From a virus (Duplodnaviria; Caudoviricetes): DNA of 64,000 nt. The notes beneath the pieces are model-generated. The model saw only the letters and a program-made list of their open reading frames with translations. It made no database searches and had not been told where the DNA came from. Shown piece by piece: positions 1 to 7,623 of the stretch; position 1 is the stretch's first letter, and every line of letters begins with the position of its first letter. The position numbers and the translations under genes are program-made. Location of the stretch: positions 32,001 through 96,000 of IMG/VR virus record IMGVR_UViG_3300013121_000047, one strand, 5' to 3'.

Positions 1-285
1 TCTGATAAAAATTTGACTATTATCCACATAACAAGTTATAACCAGTTTTCCATTTTTAAGAAAGAATAAAAATTTAGGATTATATATTAATAAACCTGTA
101 TATGGTACGCCAAAATGATTTTGGTAAATTTTTGATATACAAACATCGCTATTACCCATTGCTGGTAATATTCCTATTATTCTTGATTTTGTTATTGGAG
201 ATTCATATACCTTAAAATAACATGTTTCATTTTCTCCGTCTACAAATTCACTGTGCTGTATTTCTTTCACAAGGTTCAGTTTCAT
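1..285 (-). CDS. Hypothetical protein, member of the small paralog family (3' end runs off the window; not in ORF track)
   Basis: Manual translation from ATG at 285 is open to position 1: MKLNLVKEIQ...IYQNHFGVPYTGLLI, matching the Y-x3-(F/Y)G(K/V)P(F/Y)(T/S)G motif of the neighbouring ORFs. Confidence 0.7.
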   Translation of the reverse strand, partial: MKLNLVKEIQHSEFVDGENETCYFKVYESPITKSRIIGILPAMGNSDVCISKIYQNHFGVPYTGLLIYNPKFLFFLKNGKLVITCYVDNSQIFIR

Positions 286-761
286 TTAAACAACTCCTCA
301 AAGTTTTCTATTTTTATTTTAACTAATTTAAGATTTGGGTCGATAAGATAAAAATCGTTCTCTAGTGACCCATTTTCTTTTGCTCCTAATTGTTCTGGAT
401 AAGAAACTATTTTATCTTCGGATAAAAAGGTATCAAAACTTCCATATTTTTCCGAGAAAATTTTATTATTTAATGAAATTAAATTTTTCCCTGGATTCAT
501 TGGTTCTAACTTTTCTGAGTTTAAATTTTTATGCCAAACAATAAAGACACTCTCAGTAAAAATTTTTATCTGATAAATAAGTTCTTTACCAGAAAGAAAA
601 CTGATTATAGTGAATCCCTTTACTGTTTGTTCAAATGCCATGTAAGGTTGACGAATAATCTCAAAATCCATTTTAGAATTTTTTATGAAAACCAGCGCCA
701 TATCAGAATCTGTTTCATACATGTTGTAGTTTTCATTTTTCTCTATCGCTTTTATTTCCAT
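282..761 (-). CDS. Hypothetical protein, small paralog family
   Basis: ORF track 282..845; probable start at ATG 761 (MEIKAIE) to avoid overlap with the upstream gene; C-terminal FLSEDKIV...LENDFYLI motif. Confidence 0.65.
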   Translation of the reverse strand: MEIKAIEKNENYNMYETDSDMALVFIKNSKMDFEIIRQPYMAFEQTVKGFTIISFLSGKELIYQIKIFTESVFIVWHKNLNSEKLEPMNPGKNLISLNNKIFSEKYGSFDTFLSEDKIVSYPEQLGAKENGSLENDFYLIDPNLKLVKIKIENFEELFK

Positions 762-768
762 TTTTATT

Positions 769-1269
769 TTAACTTTCTTTAGGATGTAGCAATTGAAATT
801 TATATTCAATTCCATCGCTATTAACAGAAAAAAGTTCATGCTCAATTTTTGAATCTATTATTTCTAAACAGAAAGGAATTTCTTTTATTCCTTTTTCTGT
901 TAAAATCATTCGATAACTTATTCCATCCTTTGCAATCTGAACGCCTAAGTCAATAACCGCTTCTGGGCAAAACATTACACTTATTTTTGGCAGCCAGATT
1001 AAAATCTCATTTTTATAATGAACCAAATCAAATTCACAGTCTCCATTTCGAAAATATTTAATCCTTGATTTCAACTCTTTTAGATATCCAGTAAATTGTT
1101 TACCAAACATATATTCGTAATCACTTAATATGGCGAGTTGATTATATATCAAATTTTTTGGCTCTAAAATTTCTATTTCTTGATTTACATTCCATAATAC
1201 TTTAAACGTTTTTGGTTTCCATAATTTAAATGTTGCAGATTCTCTTGCTAGAGCAAATTTTTCCATCAT
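769..1269 (-). CDS. Hypothetical protein, small paralog family
   Basis: YEYMFGKQFTG and ILTEKGIKEIP motifs. Confidence 0.75.
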   Translation of the reverse strand: MMEKFALARESATFKLWKPKTFKVLWNVNQEIEILEPKNLIYNQLAILSDYEYMFGKQFTGYLKELKSRIKYFRNGDCEFDLVHYKNEILIWLPKISVMFCPEAVIDLGVQIAKDGISYRMILTEKGIKEIPFCLEIIDSKIEHELFSVNSDGIEYKFQLLHPKES

Positions 1270-1612
1270 TCTTACTTTCTATTATGTTTTCAAAACTAAT
1301 TTGAGCACTAAAAGTCTCATAAGTTTCAAATCTTTCTATTTTAACAATAATTTTTGGACTTATAATCTCAAATGTTTTTTGTGCATTTCCAAGCATATCA
1401 ATTGACTTCAGTATTAATTTCTGATAATCTTGTTTGAAAAGGTGCCCAATTTCTTTATAAGAGGAAAAATTCTCAACATGAAAATCAGAAATGAATTTAT
1501 TTTTATGCCAATCATTCAAAAATTGTGATTCGTAATTTGGATTAAAACTTTTCATCAAGAACAAATTGTTTTCAAACTCAATAAAATACCGTTTTTTTTC
1601 AATTGGTTGCAT
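1226..1612 (-). CDS. Hypothetical protein
   Basis: 128 aa ORF tightly packed in a same-strand run; no recognisable motif. Confidence 0.6.
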   Translation of the reverse strand: MQPIEKKRYFIEFENNLFLMKSFNPNYESQFLNDWHKNKFISDFHVENFSSYKEIGHLFKQDYQKLILKSIDMLGNAQKTFEIISPKIIVKIERFETYETFSAQISFENIIESKNDGKICSSKRICNI

Positions 1613-1615
1613 TAT

Positions 1616-2194
1616 TTAAAATTTTCTATCTTTTATCTGAAATCTTGGCTTAATTTTGTTTAACAAACTTACTTCAAAATAATCGTAAAACATATTTGGC
1701 GGTAATATTATCTCTACAATTCCTTTGTCAGTTAAAAACTTTTCAAACTTTAGTTTGTTTTTTTCAATTTCACCTAAAGAAATAAAAGTTTCCTTGTGTT
1801 TGTTATATTTTTCAAATGTAAACCATATCTCTGTATAGAGACTTTTATCTAAACCATGCCAAATTAGTTTTCCATAATCTGAAACAATAGATGGCATCGA
1901 CTTTTCCGATATTATTGATTGTCCATTAACATGATGGAACCAATTAACGCCTGCGCCTCCATCTGAATTAAAACCACAAAATACTTCAATTATTCCTGAG
2001 TAGCCTATTCCATATAGGCTTAAATAAACTGCTTTGGCTTCGTCAATTTTTTTCAAAGGAAAATGTTCCTTTATGTTTTCAAAATTTAACATTAGATAAT
2101 TGTTTGAATTTTGATCTTGATAAAGAGAGTATTCTTTTGATAAAGAATTAATAAATTTTAGCCAAATTTCATTTGGCATCTTCGCTAATCTCAA
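1616..2194 (-). CDS. Hypothetical protein, small paralog family
   Basis: YLSLYGIGYSG and LGEIEK...FLTDKGIVE motifs. Confidence 0.75.
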   Translation of the reverse strand: MRLAKMPNEIWLKFINSLSKEYSLYQDQNSNNYLMLNFENIKEHFPLKKIDEAKAVYLSLYGIGYSGIIEVFCGFNSDGGAGVNWFHHVNGQSIISEKSMPSIVSDYGKLIWHGLDKSLYTEIWFTFEKYNKHKETFISLGEIEKNKLKFEKFLTDKGIVEIILPPNMFYDYFEVSLLNKIKPRFQIKDRKF

Positions 2195-2651
2195 ACTTGT
2201 ATTCGAATTCGGATGAATTTATATCATAAGAAAATAGATCTGATTCAAAAGTGGTTTCAGTTATTTGAAAAAACGGTAACTCAATAATTCCATTTTCACT
2301 TAAAAATTTATTCATTCGAATATCACCTTTGTATTCAAAGTTAAGAAAGATAGATTTTGCGTAGAGTTCTAATTCATATATTCCAAAAAAATTTTCAAAC
2401 GTAGGCTTACCATTCACATGATAAATTGCGTATTCAGCTATTCCACTATTATATTTCATAATTGTGTAAACAAATCTATCATTAAGACAAGAGTTCTGAT
2501 AACCGCTAATCCTTATACCAGAATAATTTCTTGGCAATGAAAATACTTTACCGTAAAAAATATTTTCTTTATATGAACTATATTCACAATGACCTTTTTT
2601 ATCAACAAAAAATTTATATTTTTCTTTTTCCATTTTATCCTCAAAATTCAT
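2169..2651 (-). CDS. Hypothetical protein, small paralog family
   Basis: FLSENGIIELP...FESDLFSY...EYKFEI C-terminal motif. Confidence 0.75.
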   Translation of the reverse strand: MNFEDKMEKEKYKFFVDKKGHCEYSSYKENIFYGKVFSLPRNYSGIRISGYQNSCLNDRFVYTIMKYNSGIAEYAIYHVNGKPTFENFFGIYELELYAKSIFLNFEYKGDIRMNKFLSENGIIELPFFQITETTFESDLFSYDINSSEFEYKFEISEDAK

Positions 2652-3134
2652 TTATATATTTTTTTATTTTAATTTGAAAGTCTTTATCACTAACATAAAA
2701 AAATTCATTTTCGATAATGCCGTTTTCAATTTTAATTTCTTCTGGAAGTTCCATAATGCCATTGCTGGTTAGCCAAGAGTTATAAACTCTGCCGTTAATA
2801 TCTGAACTCAAAGAGTCTAAGTTGATAAAATCATCACACAAAAAAAATAATACATGTTACTTTCATTTTTTCCTAAAAAAGCAAGCTTTCTTTCTTTATT
2901 AATTGAATAAATTTCTTTTTCATTTTTATAGAAAGTTATGTCATCAATCCAATCTGTATAAGAATAAAAACCTGTATATGGTTTTTTGTACTCATTGTAA
3001 TATACACTAAAAATATCCCTTATCGAAAGAGATAGATCTGTTTGATATAGAAAACAATTCCCTTTACTACTTTCCCAAAGTCTAAAAGGTTTATTTATTT
3101 TGAATTTTACTTCAACTAAGTTGTCGGTTGTCAT
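2641..3134 (-). pseudogene. Small paralog family member split by a -1 frameshift at a T8 run (ORFs 2817..3134 + 2641..2841); may be a sequencing error
   Basis: N-part carries YYNEYKKPYTG, C-part carries WLTSNGIMELP; one extra T in the homopolymer at 2840-2847 joins them into a ~165 aa protein of family size. Confidence 0.7.
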
Positions 3135-3138
3135 TACG

Positions 3139-3579
3139 CTAACCCTTTCTGTTTTGTAGTTTAATCAATATTATTTTAAGTAACTCAATTGTTCTTTTTG
3201 ATGGATTACTGGTTAAAAATCCACAATTCTTTTTAAGTGAATAAGGTGGAATTTTTCCGTTAAATTGTTTAACTGTTATATCGATAATTTTTCCATCTTT
3301 TTTAGATAAAAACCAATGTGTTCCGCCGCAAAATTTAACATAAGAAGGTGTATATAAATTAGTTTGTTTTGTTAAATGATAAAAAGCTTCTGAGGCAACA
3401 TAACAATGCCCAGCCAATTTATTGCTATTTCCTTGATACTTTTTCTTTCTTAGATTATCTGAAAGTGATCTTTTTATTAAAACTATAATCTGACTTTCTG
3501 TTGGCTTAAATCCATTTTCATTTATTTCATATAAAATTTGCTTGATTAATTTTTTACCAAAGTTCTGTTTTGGTTTCAA
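3139..3579 (-). CDS. Papain/transglutaminase-like Cys-His-Asp triad protein (YunG-like pattern)
   Basis: GHCYVASEA...THWFL...IDITVKQF; TTG start with AAGGAG Shine-Dalgarno. Confidence 0.6.
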   Translation of the reverse strand: MKPKQNFGKKLIKQILYEINENGFKPTESQIIVLIKRSLSDNLRKKKYQGNSNKLAGHCYVASEAFYHLTKQTNLYTPSYVKFCGGTHWFLSKKDGKIIDITVKQFNGKIPPYSLKKNCGFLTSNPSKRTIELLKIILIKLQNRKG

Positions 3580-3591
3580 ACACTGTTCTCC

Positions 3592-4209
3592 TTAAAAAGA
3601 ATCTGTACGATATATATTTTTAATAGAAACCTTTGCGTTTTCATTTATTTTTTTAGCTTCTTTTTCTGCTTCGGCAATCGCCAACATTATTTCGGAACCA
3701 TTAGCAGCTTCAAGATGTGATTTTTTTTGTTTGGTAATTCGAATATAGCGTGAAACAGAATAAAGACCTTTGTCTTCAATAGAATTGAATTTTAACAGCA
3801 AATATGCTGCTGGCACTAATGTGGTAAAACATCCATCAGAATAAAATACTGATGTTTTTGTTCTGGTCATATAGATCTCAAACTCGCCCCAACGCTGCAA
3901 ACACTTAACAAGTGCATTTTGAAATACTATTTCACTGTTATCAACATTCATTTCTTTTACAGTCGTTTCAGGAATTTCTCCAATTTCTTGTTTTGTTTTC
4001 ATATCAAAAACCCTACAAGAGTAAGACAAGAATAATGTTTTCGATAAACTTTCAAGAGTTAAATTGATCTTATTTTCTTCTTCTTCGAACTCTACCCATT
4101 TATTATATTCGGTATCCTCTCCTGCAAGAAAAACTAGTTTTTGAAGTTCTTCTTTCAAATGTTTTATGTCTTGAGGTTTTGGTTCTAGATATATTCTATA
4201 TTTATTCAT
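3592..4209 (-). CDS. Hypothetical protein
   Basis: 205 aa ORF, ATG start, no recognised motif. Confidence 0.7.
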   Translation of the reverse strand: MNKYRIYLEPKPQDIKHLKEELQKLVFLAGEDTEYNKWVEFEEEENKINLTLESLSKTLFLSYSCRVFDMKTKQEIGEIPETTVKEMNVDNSEIVFQNALVKCLQRWGEFEIYMTRTKTSVFYSDGCFTTLVPAAYLLLKFNSIEDKGLYSVSRYIRITKQKKSHLEAANGSEIMLAIAEAEKEAKKINENAKVSIKNIYRTDSF

Positions 4210-4240
4210 TTTTTATCCGATTTATAAATTAATTTTCAAT

Positions 4241-5185
4241 TTAGTCTTCATTTTCTATAAGAAATTTATTTATAATTTCTTCAACTTGTTCTGGTTTCAA
4301 TTTAGAACCAGAAACACGTGGACTTCCGCCAATTAAATCTCCACCTCCCCAAATATCTTTAGTTGAAAATTCTGTTCCATATTCTGCCACATTTAATACT
4401 TTGTAAAGTCCAATTATATCAAAATTTATAAATGGGGAAGATTTTCCAATTGTATAGGTATATGTTTTTTTGTCATTATGTTCTCTTACTGAGATAAAAG
4501 CCGTAATTCCATCTGAGATCATACCTACTCGGCTATGTGAACCATTTTCTTTTACAAGTTTCCAATTTTTGCCACCGCCAAAAATCTCATATGAGAAATC
4601 CATTTCAATTGATTCTGCATTTCCATTAATAAATGCCATTATTCGCCTTTCAACATCAGAAATAATTTCTCTGTATTCAGTTTCATTTTTTTTATTTAAA
4701 CCACCATTTAAACGAAATGTTCGATATGGACTAAAAACCCATGCGAGTTTGTGTAATGAATCTAAATCTACAGGAAATGGATAAAATCCCGATGTTGAAT
4801 CTGCCATGTCTTCTAAGTGAACAAGTTTATTCACTTGTGGATTCATAGAATTACTTACAAGAAAGTGATTTTTTAATAAAAACCAAGAAGTGCAAACATC
4901 TTCATCGCAGTCGTTTACAAAAACATTTGCAACCGCACCTGTTTTTTGTTTAAATGTGGAAAACAATCCTTGTCTAATAGCAAGTAACACTTGTGCACAG
5001 GTTGCCCTTGTTGCCAATCTATTAACTTCTTCGTGATGATTAAAATTTAAATATTTACCGATAGAAGTATATCGCGGTCCTGTATTAACATAACCATCAA
5101 GGGCAATAGAAAACTCTGGTTTTGTTTTAATAAACTCTTCCCAGGATATTGGAATTTGACTTGGTTCAACTATTAATTTGATCAT
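4241..5185 (-). CDS. DHH-phosphoesterase-like protein
   Basis: IALDG, NFNHH, NDCDED, EDMAD acidic/His motifs and C-terminal WGGGDLIGGSP. Confidence 0.5.
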   Translation of the reverse strand: MIKLIVEPSQIPISWEEFIKTKPEFSIALDGYVNTGPRYTSIGKYLNFNHHEEVNRLATRATCAQVLLAIRQGLFSTFKQKTGAVANVFVNDCDEDVCTSWFLLKNHFLVSNSMNPQVNKLVHLEDMADSTSGFYPFPVDLDSLHKLAWVFSPYRTFRLNGGLNKKNETEYREIISDVERRIMAFINGNAESIEMDFSYEIFGGGKNWKLVKENGSHSRVGMISDGITAFISVREHNDKKTYTYTIGKSSPFINFDIIGLYKVLNVAEYGTEFSTKDIWGGGDLIGGSPRVSGSKLKPEQVEEIINKFLIENED

Positions 5186-5790
5186 TTTACTTTTCTTTCA
5201 TATTCTTGTCGTGTTATGAATTTCGGTGCAATGTTAACAATTCTATTATCATATTCAAACATAGAAAAAATAGAATGGGTTTGTTCAATAAAACAAGCTT
5301 CAACAATCCCTTTGTCTGTTAGAAACCTACCGATTCTATATGGCATAGATCTGTTATCTTCCACTTCTCCAAGAAATATAGAATTATATAAAAACCTATT
5401 ATATTCCCATGCGCAAATTTCATGTTCTAGCAGTTTTTCTTTAAAAAAATAAAACAACTTTATTATTGAATAATTCCAAGGATTGTGTAAAAGAAAAATA
5501 TCTTCTGTATTTCGGCAAGAAGAATTTTTGGCAAAAAACCAAAAATCTCCATATTGATTTAAGTTTTGAACCATACCAGAAAATGGTTTCCCTATCTTAT
5601 GTTCATAAGCTTTAAAGATTTCATTTTCCAAATCATTTACATATTCTTGAATTGTAAACCGATAGTCATCAGATCCACCAGAACAAGCATAAATTAAAAA
5701 CTCGTATCCATCTTTGTTTTTATATAAATCAAGATTCCTATAAATTCTTGGTTTAACCAATTCCAAGATTTCTGTTTCCTTGCTTAGCAC
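5182..5790 (-). CDS. Hypothetical protein, small paralog family
   Basis: AYEHKIGKPFSG and FLGEVED...FLTDKGIVE (9-residue identity with 1616..2194). Confidence 0.75.
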   Translation of the reverse strand: MLSKETEILELVKPRIYRNLDLYKNKDGYEFLIYACSGGSDDYRFTIQEYVNDLENEIFKAYEHKIGKPFSGMVQNLNQYGDFWFFAKNSSCRNTEDIFLLHNPWNYSIIKLFYFFKEKLLEHEICAWEYNRFLYNSIFLGEVEDNRSMPYRIGRFLTDKGIVEACFIEQTHSIFSMFEYDNRIVNIAPKFITRQEYERKVK

Positions 5791-5840
5791 CCACTAATCA
5801 TACACACTGTTTAAACGGTTGTAAAGCAGCAAGTTTAAAC

Positions 5841-6488
5841 TTATGCGCCATAATCTAAAATAACAAGACTTCCATCGGCGCGAAGCCCCCAATTATCTTC
5901 ATGAAAATCATCTGCATTCATTTTGCAGTTATTTAACTCATCAGATAAATTTTTACCCCAAGAATTTAACTCTATTTCAAGGCCACCAGACAAAGCATCG
6001 CCGATTGCGTATATTGCTCTGTTGGTGGTCATTAGAGAAATAAATTCAAAAAACTTTTCATCAGAACCCTCTAGATTTTGAATTAATAGTTTTAAAATTT
6101 GTTTATTTGATAATCCAGTTTGCACTTTTTCACAAATTATCCAAAAATAATTTTCTTTATCGAAATCATAAATTTTTGTAAAATATTCATCAGAAAAACA
6201 ATTTGACTTAAGTGTAATTTCGGCTTTGTTTTGATTCACTCCTCCAAATATACCTTCGCCATCTTTTGCAACTTTAACAATAAATTCAGTTCCTGGGATG
6301 TCATATATTATTCTTCCATTTCCTTCTGCTATTTCCACAAATCCATGAGCTTTAGCCAAAAGCTTGAATTTAATTCTTTCTGGAAGATCCATGTGCTGAT
6401 TCATTTCTTGCCTTATCAAATCTCCATACCTCTTTGCTTCAGGATTTGAAGTTAATGCCATTTCAAATATAATTGGATAAAGTTTCAT
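5841..6488 (-). CDS. Minimal protein-kinase-like enzyme
   Basis: G-loop EGNGRIIY, IVKVAK lysine, QNKAE helix-C Glu, catalytic loop DFHEDNWG, ILDYG (DFG equivalent). Confidence 0.75.
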   Translation of the reverse strand: MKLYPIIFEMALTSNPEAKRYGDLIRQEMNQHMDLPERIKFKLLAKAHGFVEIAEGNGRIIYDIPGTEFIVKVAKDGEGIFGGVNQNKAEITLKSNCFSDEYFTKIYDFDKENYFWIICEKVQTGLSNKQILKLLIQNLEGSDEKFFEFISLMTTNRAIYAIGDALSGGLEIELNSWGKNLSDELNNCKMNADDFHEDNWGLRADGSLVILDYGA

Positions 6489-6569
6489 ACCAATTAATTA
6501 TAAAAGAAATTTATGGCCAGAATTTTAATTTCAAATCAGCAATCGAAACATCTAATATGAGCCTTTTAC

Positions 6570-7118
6570 TTATTTCACCATAATATTATTAACATATAAC
6601 CATTGTTTTTCTAACGGAACACTGGTCGAATACTGTATGTTATACATATTAACAAGAGAAAAATTATTTACAGTATTTGAAATAACTTGGTTACAATATG
6701 ATGAATATCCATTATAAAATAATGTTCCAACCATAGTACCAACAGTAATATTTGATGCGGCAACTTCAACCCCTCCAGTGACATAAAGAATTTGCGAATT
6801 ATTACAATATAAACTGTAGTTTCCATACGGCGTTGAAACAACAATCGTTCTTACGTTTTCTTTTCCAATATAATTTAAGGCTACTGGATTATTAGAATCT
6901 ACTGGATTAGTAAATTGAGTTGGTTTTTCTTGCGGTAGCGGCCTTTGCGTCGGTGGCATTATAGCAGGTGAAGAATTTGCTCCCCAATACCTTGTATCGC
7001 TTTCAATAGTTGAATTATGCGAATTTATATTATATAATGGTACCGTTTGTACTGTATCAATAGGATTACTATTATACGTTGCAAACATAAGAACAGGTTG
7101 ATTTGATGTTAATGCCAT
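6570..7118 (-). CDS. Protein with degenerate Hint-like C-terminal domain
   Basis: SLYCNNSQILYV (block B-like), VAASNITVG, MYNIQY...WLYVNNIMVK (block F/G-like, lacking HN). Confidence 0.5.
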   Translation of the reverse strand: MALTSNQPVLMFATYNSNPIDTVQTVPLYNINSHNSTIESDTRYWGANSSPAIMPPTQRPLPQEKPTQFTNPVDSNNPVALNYIGKENVRTIVVSTPYGNYSLYCNNSQILYVTGGVEVAASNITVGTMVGTLFYNGYSSYCNQVISNTVNNFSLVNMYNIQYSTSVPLEKQWLYVNNIMVK

Positions 7119-7168
7119 TTATTTTCCTTGTATCTAAATATAGATACGCTGACCATATAATCATTTTT

Positions 7169-7435
7169 TTAAATTAAAATATCCAAATACTGGTCATAAA
7201 TTTTCGTACGTGAACAGATATGTGGTTTAATAAATTTTTTATCTTTTAAAATATATTTTCCTCTATATTGAACAGTAGTACTGTTGCACATGTCGTTAAA
7301 TCTACTTCTTGTATTTACACTTTCTCCAACAGATTTAGCCCAACCGTTGAAGTTTGTAAATGTGTATTCTTCACCAGATTCGATATTATAAACTGTAAAA
7401 ACAGTCTTAGGTTTCTTATTTTCGTTTTTTGCCAT
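7169..7435 (-). CDS. Small NUMOD1/IENR1-like DNA-binding protein
   Basis: Likely start MAKNEN at 7435; VYNIESGEEYTFTNFNGWAKSVG...YRGKYIL resembles the homing-endonuclease accessory HTH. Confidence 0.45.
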   Translation of the reverse strand: MAKNENKKPKTVFTVYNIESGEEYTFTNFNGWAKSVGESVNTRSRFNDMCNSTTVQYRGKYILKDKKFIKPHICSRTKIYDQYLDILI

Positions 7436-7551
7436 GGCTCCATGGTACGGTCCCATTACCCAACAAACAACAAGCAGAAGAATTTTTGCTTTTGTCAATA
7501 TAAAAAAGTTTTTAAACGCAATAATAAAAACCTGCCCAAAACACAAAAAGA

Positions 7552-7584
7552 AAAAGTCTCACTAGATTTCTCTAGGAGACTTTT
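7552..7584 (-). terminator. Rho-independent terminator downstream of the major capsid gene
   Basis: Minus strand AAAAGTCTCCTAG-AGAAAT-CTAGTGAGACTTTT followed by TCTTTTT, 40 nt past the MCP stop. Confidence 0.8.
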
Positions 7585-7623
7585 ATTTACAAGACAGGTT
7601 TTAGATGGAACCTTTTAAACCAC

